NCBI GenBank assembly: GCA_043822125.1
Contig: JBDRCB010000006.1
Location: 123,520 to 187,519 of the forward strand
From: an archaeon
GTDB lineage: Archaea > Nanobdellota > Nanobdellia > Pacearchaeales > GW2011-AR1
DNA length: 64,000 nt
Reading direction: 5' to 3'
Under the pieces are notes generated by a model that saw only the letters and a program-made list of their open reading frames with translations, ran no database searches and was not told where the DNA came from. This document shows positions 37,441 to 48,402 of the stretch, piece after piece; position 1 is the stretch's first letter; each line of letters starts with the position of its first letter. The translations under genes and the position numbers were made by a program.

Positions 37441-38092
37441 ATCTTCTTACCAGTTTCTCAAAAAGAAATATTTCACCCTTCTTGAGGTAAATATAACCGC
37501 AGATTGATACGATAAATGCACCTATGCTGTCAAGTATTAAATCTCTCATAGTATCTATAACTCCAATCCTGGTGTCAAAATATCCGTAAACTAATTCTAA
37601 ATTTCTAGCTTTCTGCATATTGAGTGCGAAAAAATTATCCATATAATATTCAAAAATCTCCCACAACGCCCCAAGTGCAAGTGCAAAGCAGAAAGTAAAA
37701 AATGCTATCACCGCCGGGCTTGCCTTGAATTTTCCGGTTTTATAAAAAACATATAAAATCAAAAACCCTGCAAACCCTAGAGAGATTCCTGCAGAAAGAT
37801 GAAGCATTGAATCCCACCACCAGATTTTATAATAAAAATCTCTCACTTCTCCTAGAAAAATACCTGCATAGATAAACAGAATAATAATCATTTCAATTTC
37901 AGGCGGAAGATTTATTTTGTATTTCTTCTCCACAAAAAAAGGCAGGAAAGTCAGCATAAAAGTAATCAAACTTACAAAAATAATCATCCATTCTCTCTCA
38001 TAAGCTCCAAAAAAAATCGCTATAATGAGAGTGATTCTTATAAATAAATTAAAGAAGAAATATATTTTGCTGAGAATATCTTTATCAACCAT
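37391..38092 (-). CDS. Polytopic membrane protein (hypothetical)
   Basis: 233 aa, ~6 TM helices. Confidence 0.35.
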   Translation of the reverse strand: MVDKDILSKIYFFFNLFIRITLIIAIFFGAYEREWMIIFVSLITFMLTFLPFFVEKKYKINLPPEIEMIIILFIYAGIFLGEVRDFYYKIWWWDSMLHLSAGISLGFAGFLILYVFYKTGKFKASPAVIAFFTFCFALALGALWEIFEYYMDNFFALNMQKARNLELVYGYFDTRIGVIDTMRDLILDSIGAFIVSICGYIYLKKGEIFLFEKLVRRFERENKTIFRRKRVVK

Positions 38093-38138
38093 AATAAATA
38101 AAAATTATTAAAATTTATAAAATTATCAGTCTCATTAG

Positions 38139-39941
38139 TTGCGAATCATTAGAAAACCTTTTAACTCCAAATACCTATTCTTGCTCATGACACTAAAAAA
38201 ACTTCGACAGCCTATTGTTACTGTCTGCGGACATGTAGACCATGGAAAAACTTCAATACTGGATAGTATAAGAAGCACCTGCATTCAAGAAAAAGAAGCA
38301 GGAGGAATAACACAGAAAATTTCATTCACACTTTATCCCGCAGAACAGCTGAAAAAAACATGCCCTTTGATAGAAAAATCAGGAATAAAATTAGAAATAC
38401 CTGGATTTTTATTTATTGATACTCCTGGACATGCAGCATTCACAAACCTGAGAAAACGAGGTGGCTCTCTCGCTGATTTAGCAGTTCTTGTCATAGACAT
38501 CAACGAAGGAATAAAACCCCAGACAGCAGAAGTAATCCAGATTTTAAAGAACAACAAGACTCCTTTTCTGATTGCACTAAATAAAATAGACAATATTTCA
38601 GGGTGGAGAAAGCAGGACGAGGATTTAAAAAAAAGTATTGAATCACAGGCGCATAATGTAAAAAATATTTTTCAGGAAAGATATATGACTTTAATCGGCT
38701 CTCTGAATTCGCATGGATTTGACGCTGACTTATTTTATAACATAAAGGATTTCACAAAAAGAATAGCACTGATTCCCTGCTCTGCTAGGACAAAAGAAGG
38801 GATTCAGGAGTTGGTAATGATGCTCTGCGGACTCAGCCAGAAATATCTTGAAAACAAACTGCAGTTGGGCGAAGATGCAAAAGGGGTGGCTCTTGAGATT
38901 AAAAAAAACAAAACAGCAAGTTACATTGAAGCGATAATCTACGACGGAGAGTTGTCAAAAAAAGACGAAATCGCAATTTCAAATTTTGAGGGAGAGCCGA
39001 TTATAACTAAAATAAGAGTCCTCGAAGAAATAGAACCTCTATGCTCAAAATTCAAAACAAAAGATAAAGTCCATGCTGCGACAGGAATAAGAATGCAATT
39101 GACATCAAAAGAGGAAATTCTTCCAGGAATGCCTTTTGAAATTTACAGGGAAAACACAGAAGAACTGAAAAAAAAATTCAAAAAAGAAGTTTCAGAAAAT
39201 GTCAAAACAGAAAAAAAAGGGATTATAGCAAAAGCAGATTCACTTGGAAGCTTAGAAGCCCTTCTGACATTATTAAAGCAGAGCAAAATACCTGTTGTCA
39301 AAGCAGGAATAGGGAGCATAAACAAAACAGATGTGATTTCTGCAAAAGCAAATCTTGAGATAAACGAAACCGACGCTGTAATAGCAGGATTTAATGTTTC
39401 AGTCAATGAAGATGCGCAGATTCTCAATAAAGAACACAGAGGAAAAATAAAAATCCTCGCAGAAGAAGTTATTTATAAATTAATAGAAAATGTAGAAAAA
39501 TTCAGGGAGGAAAAAAAGAGAGAAATAGAAAAGAGAAGACTTATGGCTCTTGCTACTATCTGCAAGTTAAAGATTTTGCATCAGTATGTTTTTAGAAATA
39601 CAAAACCTGCTATTTTCGGTGTGCGGATAGAGGGTGGAAAATTAAAATCTGGGCTGAATTTAATAGATGACAAAGAAGAAAAAATTGGAAGGATAAAAAA
39701 TATCCAGTCTGAAAACAAATCTGTAGAAGAAGCAAATGAAAGAATGGAAGTTGCTGTTTCAGTGCCAGGAGCAAATTTTGAAAGAGAATTAAAAAACAAG
39801 CAGTATTTATTTTCAGATATAACAGAAAGCCAATTCAGAAATTTCAAGAAAAATAAAGATTTGCTGTCAGGAAATGAAATGAAGATTCTGCAGGAGATTG
39901 CAGAAATTAAAAGACAGAAAAATGCAGATTGGGGGATGTGA
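38139..39941 (+). CDS. infB: Translation initiation factor aIF5B (IF2 homologue)
   Basis: G-domain motifs VTVCGHVDHGKTSILD, DTPGHAAF, NKID. 600 aa, with a C-terminal beta-barrel domain. Confidence 0.9.
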   Translation: MRIIRKPFNSKYLFLLMTLKKLRQPIVTVCGHVDHGKTSILDSIRSTCIQEKEAGGITQKISFTLYPAEQLKKTCPLIEKSGIKLEIPGFLFIDTPGHAAFTNLRKRGGSLADLAVLVIDINEGIKPQTAEVIQILKNNKTPFLIALNKIDNISGWRKQDEDLKKSIESQAHNVKNIFQERYMTLIGSLNSHGFDADLFYNIKDFTKRIALIPCSARTKEGIQELVMMLCGLSQKYLENKLQLGEDAKGVALEIKKNKTASYIEAIIYDGELSKKDEIAISNFEGEPIITKIRVLEEIEPLCSKFKTKDKVHAATGIRMQLTSKEEILPGMPFEIYRENTEELKKKFKKEVSENVKTEKKGIIAKADSLGSLEALLTLLKQSKIPVVKAGIGSINKTDVISAKANLEINETDAVIAGFNVSVNEDAQILNKEHRGKIKILAEEVIYKLIENVEKFREEKKREIEKRRLMALATICKLKILHQYVFRNTKPAIFGVRIEGGKLKSGLNLIDDKEEKIGRIKNIQSENKSVEEANERMEVAVSVPGANFERELKNKQYLFSDITESQFRNFKKNKDLLSGNEMKILQEIAEIKRQKNADWGM

Positions 39942-40276
39942 AAATGAAACACTCTATTGCAAGAAATATCAAAAATAGAAATCAGTTAAAATCAATGGTG
40001 GAACTAGGGATTGGTTTTGAAGAATACGACTCTATTGCAAGAAACATCAGAAGAGTATCATTAATCCCATTACATAAAAGAATAAAAATTTTAGAAGATG
40101 GTAATGAAAGGATTTCAGATGAAACAAAATTAAAAATAAAAAATTTATTATTAGATATGGCATATGATAAAAGAGTTTACGACCTCGCAGAAATTAATTA
40201 CTCCAAAGGTCCTCCAAAAGGAGAAGGGTTGTTCATAACTGCTATAGTTGATTATTTTTTAAGAAAGATTAATTAA
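39929..40276 (+). CDS. Hypothetical protein
   Basis: ORF overlapping the infB stop. The likely start is the internal MKHSIARNI. Confidence 0.3.
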   Translation: MGDVKMKHSIARNIKNRNQLKSMVELGIGFEEYDSIARNIRRVSLIPLHKRIKILEDGNERISDETKLKIKNLLLDMAYDKRVYDLAEINYSKGPPKGEGLFITAIVDYFLRKIN

Positions 40277-40341
40277 AATTTAATAATACAAAGTATATCT
40301 CATTACATAAATTCTTAAAAATAGAATTATTATGAATTTGC

Positions 40342-40611
40342 ATGAGTTCAGAAAACATAAATATATATTTTTTTACAGATGAGGAGAGAATAGTAATAAA
40401 TAGAATACCCAATACTGTAATTTTGAAACATTATTTTATTAAATATGGGAGAGGAACAGTAAGTAGTGAAACAATTAGAACACTGGAACCAGAAGGTACC
40501 AGAGATTTTACCAAAATAGATATTGGGACTAAAGTAGAAATTAATTTTAAAAAAGTTCACATAGAAAGAATAGCAAGAAATCTCAAAGAATTAAAATCTT
40601 TCTGTAATTAA
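40342..40611 (+). CDS. Hypothetical protein
   Basis: 89-aa ORF. Confidence 0.25.
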   Translation: MSSENINIYFFTDEERIVINRIPNTVILKHYFIKYGRGTVSSETIRTLEPEGTRDFTKIDIGTKVEINFKKVHIERIARNLKELKSFCN

Positions 40612-40650
40612 TTCCAAAACATTTTTAAGCAGTTTCTTTATCATATAAAT

Positions 40651-41094
40651 ATGCCATTCAAAATAAATATCGGAACAAAAGAAGGAAAAACTTACAAATT
40701 AGAATCAGAAGGAAGCTCACTTATAGACAAAGCTCTGCATGATAAAATCAACGGGAAAGAAATTTCTCCTCTTCTTGCAGGATATGAATTTGAAATAACA
40801 GGTGCGAGCGATAAAGCAGGATTCCCTTCATTAGAAGAAGTTGAAGGTGTGGGGCTGAAAAAAGTTCTGCTGACTTATGGGAAAGCCATGAAAAAACGCC
40901 CAAGAAAAGAAGGAAAGAAAAAACAGCTGTGCAAAAAACCAAAAGGGCTAAGATTGAGGAAAACAGTAAGGGGAAACAGAATTTCAGAAGCAGTCACTCA
41001 GATTAATTTAAAAATTTTAAAAGAAGGAAGCAAAAAATTATCTGAAATTTTTTCTGAGCAAAAAGCAGAAAATAAAGAAACTCCAGAGCAATAA
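40651..41094 (+). CDS. rps6e: 30S ribosomal protein S6e
   Basis: MPFKINIGTKEGKTYKLE...ITGASDKAGFP matches archaeal S6e (..FKLxISDPxTGK...GGxDKxGFPM). Confidence 0.75.
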   Translation: MPFKINIGTKEGKTYKLESEGSSLIDKALHDKINGKEISPLLAGYEFEITGASDKAGFPSLEEVEGVGLKKVLLTYGKAMKKRPRKEGKKKQLCKKPKGLRLRKTVRGNRISEAVTQINLKILKEGSKKLSEIFSEQKAENKETPEQ

Positions 41095-41124
41095 TCCTTA
41101 AAAAATATTTTGTTTTTATTTTAT

Positions 41125-42296
41125 ATGAAATCTCCACTTGCATACCGCATGCGTCCTGAGACTCTCGCAGAATTTGTCGGGCAGGAGCACCTCGTCGGAG
41201 AAAACAAACCTTTGAAAATCGCACTGGAAAAAAATAATCTTTCTTCTTCAATAATTTTTTGGGGTCCTCCTGGATGCGGAAAAACAACTCTCGCGCGTCT
41301 GATTTCAAAACTCACGGATTCTGAGTTTATTGAAATGTCAGCAGTTAAAGCAGGAAAAGCAGATGTAGAAAAAGCAATTCAGCATGCAAAACTTTTTCAT
41401 AAAAAAACAATTCTTTTTCTCGACGAAATTCACAGATTCAACAAAGCACAGCAGGATTATCTTCTGCCGTCAGTTGAAAAGGAACAATCACCTTAATCGG
41501 AGCGACGACAGAAAACCCGTCGTTTGAAGTTATTTCAGCTCTTCTATCTCGTTCGCGGGTTTTTGTCCTTAATCCATTGACAGAGCAGGAGATTGAAAAA
41601 ATAATTTTCCGCGCAGTTGAGAGAGAGAATTTTCAGATTTCAGGAGACAATATAAAATTAATTGCGCAGTTGGCGAACAGTGATGCACGTTCTGCCTTGA
41701 ATATTTTGGAAATTTCAGCATCGTTGTCAGAAAAAGAAATTACGCGCGAAACAATTTTAAATTGCGCGCAAAAATCCCTGCGTTATGATAAAGACGGTGA
41801 AGAGCATTACAATATTATTTCAGCACTTCACAAATCCATGCGGGACTCAGACCCCGACGCTGCTGTTTACTGGACTATGCGCATGATAGAATCAGGAGAG
41901 GATCCTAAATACATTATAAGAAGAATGATTCGTTTTGCATCAGAAGATATAGGGAACGCAGACCATCAGGCACTCACCGTCGCTGTTTCAGCAAAGCAGG
42001 CAGTTGAATTCCTCGGCTATCCTGAATGCGACACAGCATTAATTCAAACAGCAACATACTTAGCAAAAGCACCAAAATCAAATGCCTGCTACAAAGCAGT
42101 TCTCAAAGCAAGAAAAGAAATCAAGGAAACAGGAAATCTCCCTGTTCCACTCCACCTTCGCAACGCACCCACAAAACTAATGCACGAACTCGGATACGGA
42201 AAAAACTACAAATATTTTCACGAAGACAAAACAGCAGTTGAGCAAGAGCATCTGCCTGAGGAATTAAAAGGAAAAAAATATTATGAAGAAAAATGA
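41125..42296 (+). pseudogene. rarA: Replication-associated recombination protein RarA/MgsA (AAA+), interrupted by a frameshift in an A4 run near 41468-41474. Appears as two ORFs 41110..41496 and 41577..42296
   Basis: FWGPPGCGKTTLARLI and ILFLDEIHRFNKAQQDYLLPSVEK are RarA signatures. After a 1-nt shift the next frame continues GTITLIGATTENPSFEV..., the conserved RarA continuation. The C-terminal ORF has the MgsA_C region ESGEDPKYIIRRMIRFASEDIGNAD. Confidence 0.6.
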
Positions 42297-42613
42297 AATT
42301 ATGTTTTGTATGTAAAAGCACTTATCATTATGCACTTAGTTTATGTGAAAAACACTGGAAAGAATCTTATAAATACAGAAGAAAAGAAAGTGGAATCAAA
42401 GAACCATTTGCAAAAGGAGATTTTGTAATTTACAGGCAAAAACAGCCAGGAACTGACGAAGGAATAGTAATTGATTCAAGCAGATGCAATTATTGGGTGA
42501 AAGTGCAATTACTTCTCTCAGAAAAAAAAAGAATTATCCCAGTAACAGAACTGGAGAAGATAGATTCTTTATTTGAAGAGGCCAGCACTCCAGGATTTTT
42601 GCAGAAAAGATAA
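42293..42613 (+). CDS. Hypothetical protein (N-terminal CxxC...C..H)
   Basis: 106-aa ORF overlapping the rarA stop. Confidence 0.3.
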   Translation: MKLCFVCKSTYHYALSLCEKHWKESYKYRRKESGIKEPFAKGDFVIYRQKQPGTDEGIVIDSSRCNYWVKVQLLLSEKKRIIPVTELEKIDSLFEEASTPGFLQKR

Positions 42614-42666
42614 TGGTCTATTCAACACACCCAAACCTTTTTTAATAAGATATTTCTAAATTTTTT

Positions 42667-43866
42667 ATGGAGAATAATCAGAATATACCAGAACTAAATA
42701 TCGGAGTTGTCGGGCATATTGACCACGGAAAGACAACTTTGCTGAAAAGCCTTACAGGAAAAAACACAGACACCCACTCTGAAGAGCTGAAAAGAGGGAT
42801 AACAATAAAACTCGGCTATGCTGACATGACAATTTACCAAAAAGAAAAAGAATTTTCAAATAAAAAAGAAGCAGGGTTCAAACCAGTCAGGTACATTAGC
42901 TTTATAGACGCTCCAGGACATGAAATGCTGATGGCAACAATGCTTTCAGGAGCTGCTATTATCGACGCTGCGATTCTCGTTATTGCTGCAAATGAAGGGA
43001 TAAAACCCCAGACAGCAGAACACTTCATGGCACTGCAGGCAAAAAAAATAAAAAACATAATAATAATCCAAAACAAAATAGATTTAGTTACAAAAGAACA
43101 GGCTCTTAAAAACTACAATGAAATCAAAAAATTTGTAAAAGGAACAACAGCAGAAAATTCACCTGTAATTCCTGTCTCAGCACAGCAGGGAATAAATATT
43201 GACAAACTTTTGGAAGAAATATGCAAAATTGAAATTCCGAAGAGAGATACAAAATCAGAGCCGGTCTTTTTAATAGCAAGGAGTTTTGACATAAACAAAC
43301 CAGGAAAAGAAATAGAAAAACTCAACGGAGTGGTTCTAGGAGGAATTTTAAAAAAAGGAAAATTAAGTGTCGGTGATGAGATTGAAATCAAACCAGGATT
43401 AATTATAAAAAAGCAAAATCAAAAAATATACCAGCCACTCACTACAAAAATTTTATCTCTGCACAAGGGAGCAGATTCAGTAAAAGAAGTTTTCCCAGGT
43501 GCGAGTATTTCAGTTGAGACAGAATTAGACCCTTTTATGACAAAAAGCGACTCGCTAACAGGATGTGTTGTTTCTAAAAAAAATGTCCTTCCTGAAATCA
43601 GCGATAAAATAAGAATAAAAACAGAGTTGTTCGACGAAGTTTTAGGAATTGCTGACAAGAAAAAAGTAGAGCCGATTAAGACAAAAGAAATGCTCATGCT
43701 AAGTGTGAACACAACAATCACCATCGGAACAGTTGAAAAAATAAATAAAAACGAACTTGAATTATTTTTAAATATTCCAATAGTCGCGCTAAAAGGAGAC
43801 AACACAGGAATTGCGAGAAACATCAATACGCATTGGAGATTAATCGGCTGGGGCGAGATTTTGTAA
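42667..43866 (+). CDS. eif2g: Translation initiation factor aIF2 gamma subunit
   Basis: NIGVVGHIDHGKTTL, ELKRGITIKLGYA, FIDAPGHEMLMATMLSGAAIIDAAILVIAANEG are typical of aIF2-gamma. The usual zinc-knuckle Cys cluster after the G2 motif is absent. Confidence 0.85.
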   Translation: MENNQNIPELNIGVVGHIDHGKTTLLKSLTGKNTDTHSEELKRGITIKLGYADMTIYQKEKEFSNKKEAGFKPVRYISFIDAPGHEMLMATMLSGAAIIDAAILVIAANEGIKPQTAEHFMALQAKKIKNIIIIQNKIDLVTKEQALKNYNEIKKFVKGTTAENSPVIPVSAQQGINIDKLLEEICKIEIPKRDTKSEPVFLIARSFDINKPGKEIEKLNGVVLGGILKKGKLSVGDEIEIKPGLIIKKQNQKIYQPLTTKILSLHKGADSVKEVFPGASISVETELDPFMTKSDSLTGCVVSKKNVLPEISDKIRIKTELFDEVLGIADKKKVEPIKTKEMLMLSVNTTITIGTVEKINKNELELFLNIPIVALKGDNTGIARNINTHWRLIGWGEIL

Positions 43867-43903
43867 CAAAAAGATTTATAAATAAATTTTTATTTAATAA
43901 AAT

Positions 43904-44719
43904 ATGAAAAAGAATTTAGCACTTATTTTAATGAGTCTATTCTTAATTGGTTTTGTATCAGCAGGAGTAACTGGTTCCATTACTAATGAAAATTTAGTAA
44001 ATCAAGAGAACAAAAACAGCAACGAAGTTTTGGCTCAGACACCAAATCAGGAAGAAGTCCAGAAAAATATTACTGACAATGTTCAAAATCAAATAAGAGA
44101 GAGAATAAATGAAGCTATTCAAAGCAAAAACAGAATAAGAGTAAATATACAAAATCAATCTGAATGCCCTGAAAACTGCACCTGCACTGGTGTTGCAACA
44201 AAATGTCAGACAGAGAGAGGAAGAGAAATGACAATACAAGCAGGCAAATCAGGAAATGTTATTTTTCAGGTAAAAAATGCAGAAGCGTCAACAGAAGTGG
44301 AATTATATAAAAATGAGGGGAAAATATACGGAGTTTTCAGAAATAATCAGACAAAAAAAATAAACATGATGCCTGACCAAGTGAAGGAAAAAATTCAGGA
44401 AAGATTAAAGATAAGAAACTGCTCCTGTAAAATTGAATTAGATGACGATGGAGAGTATAAGATTCAAGTGCAGAAAAAAATGAGATTGTTTAATTTATTT
44501 CCTGTAAAAGCAAGGGTGCTGACAAATGTAAATGTTGAAACAGGAGAAATAATAAGAGTTAAAAATCCGTGGTGGGGCTTTTTAGCAGGTGATGTTGAAG
44601 AAGAGCCTTTGCTAGGTGCAGATTGCGGAACAGTAAGTCCTGAAAGCAAAGATGAATGTTGCATAGAAAAAGGATATGACTACTGGGATTCTGAAAAAGA
44701 AGAGTGTTTATTTCAATAA
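43904..44719 (+). CDS. Secreted protein (hypothetical; signal peptide, several Cys)
   Basis: N-terminal MKKNLALILMSLFLIGFVSA. No assignable domain. Confidence 0.35.
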   Translation: MKKNLALILMSLFLIGFVSAGVTGSITNENLVNQENKNSNEVLAQTPNQEEVQKNITDNVQNQIRERINEAIQSKNRIRVNIQNQSECPENCTCTGVATKCQTERGREMTIQAGKSGNVIFQVKNAEASTEVELYKNEGKIYGVFRNNQTKKINMMPDQVKEKIQERLKIRNCSCKIELDDDGEYKIQVQKKMRLFNLFPVKARVLTNVNVETGEIIRVKNPWWGFLAGDVEEEPLLGADCGTVSPESKDECCIEKGYDYWDSEKEECLFQ

Positions 44720-44750
44720 ACTTTATAACTCACTTATTTTATAGATTTTA

Positions 44751-45536
44751 ATGGGAATATATTCGCATTCTAAATTAAGCGCTTTTGAGCAGTGTCCTCT
44801 GAAGTTCAAATTAAGATACATAGACAAAATAATTCCTGAATCAGAAAAAACAATTGAATCCCATTTAGGAAGTGTAGTTCATTCTGTTCTTGAAATCCTG
44901 CACACAAAAGCCAAGAAAGGAAAAATATTATCTGTTGAAGAAGTAATAAAACATTATTTCAAAAAATGGGAAGAGTGCTACAAACCAGAAATTGTGATTG
45001 TCAGAAAAGACACAACAGCAGAAGATTATTTTAACAAAGGAATTAAATTTCTGACAGATTATTACAGGAAAAACCACCCGTTCGAAGAAAACACTCTCGC
45101 AGTTGAGAAAAAAATTAAAATTGAATTGGGAGAGCATTCTATTGTAGGATTTATAGACCGCCTGGTGCACAATGCTGAAAAAGATGAATATGAAATACAT
45201 GATTATAAAACAGCAAACAGTATGCCCTTGAGAGAAGCAGTAGAAAACGACAGACAGCTTGCTCTTTATTCCCTTGCTATAAAAGAAATTTTCGGGCAGG
45301 AAAAAAAAGTCTGCCTTGTGTGGCACTATCTCGCGCACAATCAAAAAATCCGCTCCCGAAGGACAGACGAACAGCTGGAAAAACTAAAAAAAGAAGTTCT
45401 GGAATTAATTGAAAAAATAGAATCAACAGATAATTTTCATCCATATATTTCAAAACTCTGCGATTGGTGCGAATATAAATCCATGTGCTATGCATGGACA
45501 AAAAATCACAAGCAAAAAGAGCTGGATATTTGGTGA
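44751..45536 (+). CDS. Cas4-like PD-(D/E)xK exonuclease with Fe-S cluster cysteines (RecB-family nuclease)
   Basis: N-terminal EQCPLKFKLRY. FIDRLVHNAEKDEYEIHDYKT (D...E.K). DRQLALYSLA (QxxxY). C-terminal CDWCEYKSMC. Confidence 0.6.
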   Translation: MGIYSHSKLSAFEQCPLKFKLRYIDKIIPESEKTIESHLGSVVHSVLEILHTKAKKGKILSVEEVIKHYFKKWEECYKPEIVIVRKDTTAEDYFNKGIKFLTDYYRKNHPFEENTLAVEKKIKIELGEHSIVGFIDRLVHNAEKDEYEIHDYKTANSMPLREAVENDRQLALYSLAIKEIFGQEKKVCLVWHYLAHNQKIRSRRTDEQLEKLKKEVLELIEKIESTDNFHPYISKLCDWCEYKSMCYAWTKNHKQKELDIW

Positions 45537-45547
45537 CTAACTGCTAA

Positions 45548-45766
45548 TTAAAAATCAAAGGGGGTGCCCACTCCTTCCCTAATATGTCTTTCAAGTAGTC
45601 CTTTATTGTGAAGGTTAATGTATAATGATTCTATATCTGAAAAAGCCCCGCCTTTACTATAAAAAGATTCCTCAGGATTTTCTGACTGAGATGCTTTCAG
45701 AATTTTTTCTCTAATCATATCTATGTCTTCTAAATAATCTCCAATTGATTTTCCGTATTCAATCAT
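45548..45766 (-). CDS. Hypothetical protein
   Basis: 72-aa ORF. Confidence 0.25.
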   Translation of the reverse strand: MIEYGKSIGDYLEDIDMIREKILKASQSENPEESFYSKGGAFSDIESLYINLHNKGLLERHIREGVGTPFDF

Positions 45767-45798
45767 AATAAATCTTATATTCTCTTAAAAGTATATAA

Positions 45799-48240
45799 TT
45801 AATCACTCCCATTCCCATTTTCATGAACTCTTATTAAATCAGTTACAAAATCTCCCTGCTGAAGTTTCACAATTCTTACACCCTGCGTCGCTCTTCCCAT
45901 AACTCTTATATTTTTCAAAGAGGTTCTTATCACAATTCCCTTCGCAGTTGTTATTATTATATTATCGTCGTCATTAACAGAAGCTGTTGTGACAACATCC
46001 CCTGTTTTCTCTGTAATTTTAAGATTAATCACACCCTTGCCTGCCCTTGCTGTTTTGCGATAATCATTAACTGCAGTTCTTTTTCCGTAGCCGTTTTTTG
46101 TGATTGTTAAAATTGCAAATGTGTCAAGCACCTCCATGCTTACAACCTCATCGTCTTTCTCTAGTTTTATTCCAGTAACACCATAACTCGCCCTTCCCAT
46201 CTCGCGGACATTGTCGCTGTTAAATCTTATTGCCTGCCCTCTCTTTGTAGCCAGCAGAACCTCCTGTCCTTTTTTAATAATTTCAACTCCTATTAGAAAA
46301 TCAGAATTATCATTCGGAAGATTCACTGCTTTTACTCCTGAAGCCCGCGGTTTTGAGAAATTTTTCAAAGAGATTTTTTTTACAATTCCATTCTTCGTCG
46401 CCATGAATAAAGAATCTTCAAAATTTTTTACAGAAATAACACTTGTAATTTTCTCTTCTTTTAGTCCTAGCATATTTACAATCGCCTTACCTTTGCTGTA
46501 TCTTTCTGCTTCTGGAATATCATATGCCTTCAGCCATAAAACTCTTCCTCTCGTCGTGAAAAACATAAGATAATCATGAGTAGAGCACAAAATCAACTGT
46601 TTTGCAAAATCTCCTGTCGCGAGGTTGCTCCCAATAACACCCCTTCCTCCTCTCTTCTGCTCTCTGTAAGTTTTAACATCCATTCTTTTGCAGTATCCTT
46701 TATCAGTAATATTAACTACAATTTCTTTCTGCTGAACAAGGTCCTTCTCTGAAATCTCGCTGATTCTCTGCATAACCTGTGTCTTTCTTTTATCCCCATA
46801 TTTTTTCTTTAACTCACTGACTTCTTTTACAATTATCTTCAAAATTTCATTTACATCCCCTAAAATTTTTTCAAACTCCGTAATCTGCAGTTTCAAATTT
46901 TCTGATTCTTTTTTCAGTTTATCTTGCTCAAGAGAAGTCAATTGCTGAAGTTTTGTGTCCAATACTGCCTGCGCCTGTTTTTTGCTAATCTTGAAATTTT
47001 TTATCAAACCCTCAAGAGCCTCTGTAGCACCCTTGGATTTTCTGATAAGAGAAATAACATCATCAAGATTTTTCAGGGCAATCAAAAGCCCTTCGACAAT
47101 CTCCTGCCTTTCTTTTGATTTTTTCAGTTCATATTTAGTCTTATTTGTAATTATTATTTTTCTGTAATTAACATAAGATTCAAGAACATCAAAAAGTGTA
47201 AGAATTTTCGGCTGTCCATTGAGCAGTGCAAGAAAATTAACACTAAAAGAATCCTGCAGTCTTGTGTACTTATAGAGGGAGTTTATAACAAATTTAGAAT
47301 TCGCCCCTTTTCGCAGTTCAATAACGATTCTTATTTTTCCTTTTGAGGACTCGTCCCTCAAATCAGAAACATCTTTGATTTTTTTCTTCTGAATCAAGTC
47401 TGCAATCTGGGTTACTAAAGTAGATTTATTTAGCAGATAAGGAATCTCTGTAATAATAATTGCTTCTTTTCCTTTCACTGTCTCTGTCATAGTTTTCCCT
47501 CTGATTATTAATCTTCCTCTTCCAGTGCTGTAAAGTTCTTTCATGTCTCCCTGCACAATCCCGCCAGTCGGAAAATCAGGGCCGGTGATAATATTGCAGA
47601 GTTCATCAATAGAAATTTTTTTGTTTTTAACATAAGCAATAATCGCGTCGCAGACTTCCTCTAAATTATGCGGAGGAATATTTGTAGCCATACCAACAGC
47701 AATTCCAGTTGCCCCATTCAGCATCAATGCAGGAAGTTTTCCAGGAAGAAGCTCTGGCTCTTTAAGCGAGTTATCAAAATTAGGCGCGAACTTGACAGTT
47801 TCTTTTTCAATATCTTGCAGTAATTCAGTTGAAATCTGCATTAATCTTGCTTCTGTATATCTATAAGCAGCAGGCGGGTCTCCGTCGATGCTTCCGAAAT
47901 TTCCCTGTCCGAAAACTAAAGGATATCTCAAAGAAAAATCCTGAGCCATTCTCACCATTGCGTCATAAACAGCAGTGTCGCCGTGCGGGTGAAATTTACC
48001 AATAACATCTCCGACAATCCTCGCTGATTTTTTCGTCTGGCTTCCTGGCTTCAAGCCCATTTGATTCATTGAATATAAAATTCTCCTCTGCACAGGTTTC
48101 ATCCCATCTTCAATCGCAGGAATCGCGCGCGAAACAATAACACTCATAGCATAATCTAAATACGATTTCTTCATCTCTTCTGAAACTTCTGCATTCACAA
48201 TATTTTTCTCATCAGTTTTAAATTCTTCTTTAGATGTCAT
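45799..48240 (-). CDS. gyrA: DNA gyrase subunit A
   Basis: [12 protein letters not shown]...[13 protein letters not shown]...AAYRYTE and a C-terminal beta-pinwheel repeat region. 813 aa. Confidence 0.95.
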   Translation of the reverse strand: MTSKEEFKTDEKNIVNAEVSEEMKKSYLDYAMSVIVSRAIPAIEDGMKPVQRRILYSMNQMGLKPGSQTKKSARIVGDVIGKFHPHGDTAVYDAMVRMAQDFSLRYPLVFGQGNFGSIDGDPPAAYRYTEARLMQISTELLQDIEKETVKFAPNFDNSLKEPELLPGKLPALMLNGATGIAVGMATNIPPHNLEEVCDAIIAYVKNKKISIDELCNIITGPDFPTGGIVQGDMKELYSTGRGRLIIRGKTMTETVKGKEAIIITEIPYLLNKSTLVTQIADLIQKKKIKDVSDLRDESSKGKIRIVIELRKGANSKFVINSLYKYTRLQDSFSVNFLALLNGQPKILTLFDVLESYVNYRKIIITNKTKYELKKSKERQEIVEGLLIALKNLDDVISLIRKSKGATEALEGLIKNFKISKKQAQAVLDTKLQQLTSLEQDKLKKESENLKLQITEFEKILGDVNEILKIIVKEVSELKKKYGDKRKTQVMQRISEISEKDLVQQKEIVVNITDKGYCKRMDVKTYREQKRGGRGVIGSNLATGDFAKQLILCSTHDYLMFFTTRGRVLWLKAYDIPEAERYSKGKAIVNMLGLKEEKITSVISVKNFEDSLFMATKNGIVKKISLKNFSKPRASGVKAVNLPNDNSDFLIGVEIIKKGQEVLLATKRGQAIRFNSDNVREMGRASYGVTGIKLEKDDEVVSMEVLDTFAILTITKNGYGKRTAVNDYRKTARAGKGVINLKITEKTGDVVTTASVNDDDNIIITTAKGIVIRTSLKNIRVMGRATQGVRIVKLQQGDFVTDLIRVHENGNGSD

Positions 48241-48402
48241 TTTTATAATTCCTCATCATAACAGACAACAATCTCATTCTCGTCGTCAATTTCAAAATTT
48301 ATTTTGTTTCTTGTTTTTTTCAACTCCTGAAGTTTTTCTATAAATTCGTCAATCTCCTCGCTGTTTAAACTAAATTCAAAAACATCAACATCAAATTCTT
48401 CT

